A DNA stretch of 55,904 nucleotides from the NCBI GenBank assembly GCA_964502815.1, contig CAZCXV010000004.1:18150-74053 (forward strand), given 5' to 3'. Of this stretch, positions 53,780-55,904 are shown one piece after another (position 1 is the first letter of the stretch; every line of letters starts with the position of its first letter). The position numbers and the translations under genes are program-made. This DNA is from an uncultured Gammaproteobacteria bacterium (GTDB lineage Bacteria; Patescibacteriota; Microgenomatia; UBA8517). A model generated the notes under the pieces. That model was not told where the DNA came from and did no database searches. It saw only the letters and a program-made list of their open reading frames with translations.

Positions 53780-55480
53780 GTGGAGAATAGTTTACTTTTA
53801 GATTTATTCTTTGTTTTGTTTGCTGCCCTCCTGGGGGGTCTGTTTTCCAGATTGATTAAGCTGCCTACCTTGATAGGTTATATTTTTGCTGGATTTTTTT
53901 TGAGTTTATTTTTGCCAATCTTTGGCCTAATAGATCCACTAAGTATTGTGAACATTCAATCTTTAGCCGAACTGGGAATAATTTTACTATTGTTTTCCAT
54001 AGGCATTGAAGTGTCTGTTAAGAAACTTTTCAAAGTGGGTAGAATTATCCTTTTTGGCTCGGTTGCTCAAATACTTTTGACAATAGCTTTCGCCTGGATA
54101 TTTTTAATGGTTTTTGGAATAGCTTCAAAAGTAGCTATAGTTCTGGCTATTGGTTTCTCTTTGTCTTCAACCGCAATTATTGTCAAACTCTTAACAGACA
54201 AGAACCAAAAAGGGTCAATCCATGGAGAAATCATGCTAGGATGGGCTTTGATTCAGGATTTGGCAGTTATTCCAATTATGTCTTTCTTGCCGGCCTTGGC
54301 AGGGGACTCGGCAAATTTTTTGGGTCTTATCGGTAAATCGCTTTTGAGTGCCGGAATTTCTATCTTTGCAATCTTTTTTATAGGTAGATTGGTAGTTCCA
54401 CCATTGATTCACAAAGTTGCCTCGTTTAATTCTCGGGAACTTTTGACTCTGGTGTCTTTTTGTGTTGCCATTGGCACAGCCTTTTTGGTGTCAGCTTTTG
54501 GCGTCTCGGTCGCCTTGGGAGCGTTTTTGGCTGGAGTAGTTATTTCGGACAGTCAGGAAAATCATGCAGTCTTTGCCGAGATGCGGCCACTGAGGGATCT
54601 TTTTTTAATTGTCTTTTTTGTAACTTTGGGCTTTTTAGTTATGCCAAGTGCAGTTATCGCCAACTTGGGTTTAATTATTGCTGTTAGCGTGTTTATTTTA
54701 CTTTTAAAAATTGTTATTGTCTGGTTAATTATGCTTACTGGAGGCTTTTATGGAAAAACTGCCATCGCTGTTTCCTTTGGTCTTTCACAAGTGGGTGAAT
54801 TTGCCTTTATTTTGTATTTAGCTGCAGGTCATTTGGGAATAATGAGTCCGGAAATGGTTTCGGTAGGAACAGTAATTGCCTTGATTACTTTAATGACAAC
54901 ACCGTTTCTTTTTAAAGCGGTTGTGCCATTTTGGCGTAAACTGAAAAATTATCCCCAGATAGGGAAGTTTATTTGGCGGGGTTATAACAAGGAAATCGAC
55001 GAACGGCAGTTTTCAGGTCACATTGTCATTTGTGGCTTTGGACGCGTCGGTAGATGGGTAGGCAAGGCTTTGGAGGCTGCTGGAATTGACTATGTTGCCA
55101 TAGACTACAATTTAAAGAAAGTTCGGGAAGCTAGGCAAATGGGGGTAAAGGCAATTTATGGCGACCCATCTGACCCGGAAGTTTTGAAGGAATCAGACTT
55201 CAATTCTGCCAAAGCAATTGTAATTACAGTTACCGATTCTGTTAGCCAGCATGAGACTATTTCTTATGTTCAAACCCACGCTCCAGAAGTAAACATTATT
55301 GTAAGGGGAGAATTGGACGAAGATGTGCAGCACTTAAAATCCTTAAAAGTCCAAAAAGTTATTCAACCCGAATTTGAAGGAGCAATTCAAATAGTCAAAG
55401 ATCTCTTCAGATCAATGGGGAAAGACAAAGCCGAAATTCAAGATAGACTGAAAAAATTAAGACTGTCCCATGCCCATTAA
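53780..55480 (+). CDS. CPA2-family cation:proton antiporter with a C-terminal RCK/TrkA-N domain
   Basis: About 12 TM helices followed by HIVICGFGRVGRWVG (a Rossmann GxGxxG motif). Confidence 0.8.
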   Translation: MENSLLLDLFFVLFAALLGGLFSRLIKLPTLIGYIFAGFFLSLFLPIFGLIDPLSIVNIQSLAELGIILLLFSIGIEVSVKKLFKVGRIILFGSVAQILLTIAFAWIFLMVFGIASKVAIVLAIGFSLSSTAIIVKLLTDKNQKGSIHGEIMLGWALIQDLAVIPIMSFLPALAGDSANFLGLIGKSLLSAGISIFAIFFIGRLVVPPLIHKVASFNSRELLTLVSFCVAIGTAFLVSAFGVSVALGAFLAGVVISDSQENHAVFAEMRPLRDLFLIVFFVTLGFLVMPSAVIANLGLIIAVSVFILLLKIVIVWLIMLTGGFYGKTAIAVSFGLSQVGEFAFILYLAAGHLGIMSPEMVSVGTVIALITLMTTPFLFKAVVPFWRKLKNYPQIGKFIWRGYNKEIDERQFSGHIVICGFGRVGRWVGKALEAAGIDYVAIDYNLKKVREARQMGVKAIYGDPSDPEVLKESDFNSAKAIVITVTDSVSQHETISYVQTHAPEVNIIVRGELDEDVQHLKSLKVQKVIQPEFEGAIQIVKDLFRSMGKDKAEIQDRLKKLRLSHAH

Positions 55481-55904
55481 AGAAAGAAAACGAAAAAATC
55501 AACACTACCAAAGATCTAAAACTAAAAGCAAGTTTAAACTGCCCAAGTTTGTTCTTTTTTTTCTTGTTGGGTTTATAGCCTTCGTCTTTGGAGTTGTTTT
55601 TTTTAGCCCCAACAAATTTTGGGACGGCAAAACTAGGCTTGCTCTGGCCATCCACAATCCAGATGATAGTATAGCGGTAGCTGTTTTTGACCCAGAAACA
55701 AATTCGATAAGTACGCTTTTAATTCCTCAAGACGTTGAAGTAGAAGTTGCTAGACAACTTGGAACTTGGAAAGCGGGTAGTGTTTGGAAACTTGGGATAA
55801 ATGAGAAGGTTGGGGGAAAATTGGTCTCAGAAACGGTTACAAAAGCTTTAGAGTTGCCGACAGAGGCTTGGGCTGATACTGGAGCAATGGGTCTTACTAG
55901 TGAA
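55470..55904 (+). CDS. membrane-anchored hypothetical protein, 5' part (runs off the window)
   Basis: The ATG at 55470 overlaps the antiporter stop. A basic N-terminus, a TM helix (FVLFFLVGFIAFVFGVVFF) and a frame open to the end of the window. Not in the ORF track because no stop is present. Confidence 0.5.
   Translation, partial: MPIKERKRKNQHYQRSKTKSKFKLPKFVLFFLVGFIAFVFGVVFFSPNKFWDGKTRLALAIHNPDDSIAVAVFDPETNSISTLLIPQDVEVEVARQLGTWKAGSVWKLGINEKVGGKLVSETVTKALELPTEAWADTGAMGLTSE

Noticed and set aside
1-55904. CRISPR arrays, rRNA operons or prophage structural modules
   Set aside because: Scanning the intergenic regions and ORF products showed no regularly spaced direct repeats, no rRNA-like segments, and no capsid, terminase or tail signatures.

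Overview
AT-rich, gene-dense bacterial window. Shortened translation factors, many orphan ORFs and promoters lying 7-9 nt from start codons suggest a small-genome Patescibacteria/CPR-like organism; this is inference from gene content only. The backbone is housekeeping: glyA-folD, rpsB-tsf-frr-rseP, proS, dnaX-ybaB-recR, cysS, ychF-rpsF-ssb-rpsR, prfA-rpmE, hisS, dnaB, efp and tRNA-His/tRNA-Leu. Accessory material is interleaved. The main result is a complete diversity-generating retroelement (DGR) at about 35.6-39.0 kb. Its 132-bp variable repeat (VR) at the 3' end of a 549-aa ORF and its template repeat (TR) 436 bp downstream differ at 21 positions, and every one is an adenine in the TR. An Avd-like four-helix-bundle gene and a reverse transcriptase with YADD and LGNLTSQ motifs lie next to them. 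The layout is unusual: avd is on the opposite strand, the TR is followed by its own terminator-like hairpin, and an (AG)8 tract sits in the overlapping 5' ends of avd and RT, where it could act as a slipped-strand on/off switch. Other points are an IS630-family element that splits a roughly 921-aa orphan gene and can be excised in silico to restore the frame, and a 120-bp MITE with the same ends inserted at the start codon of an RF1 that lacks domain 1. There is also a candidate Cys-Cys leader-peptide attenuator upstream of a PIG-L deacetylase-cysS operon, and a divergent cluster of large orphan genes at 20.3-27.8 kb. I saw no rRNA genes and no CRISPR array. All alignments and frame calculations were done by hand and need computational confirmation.
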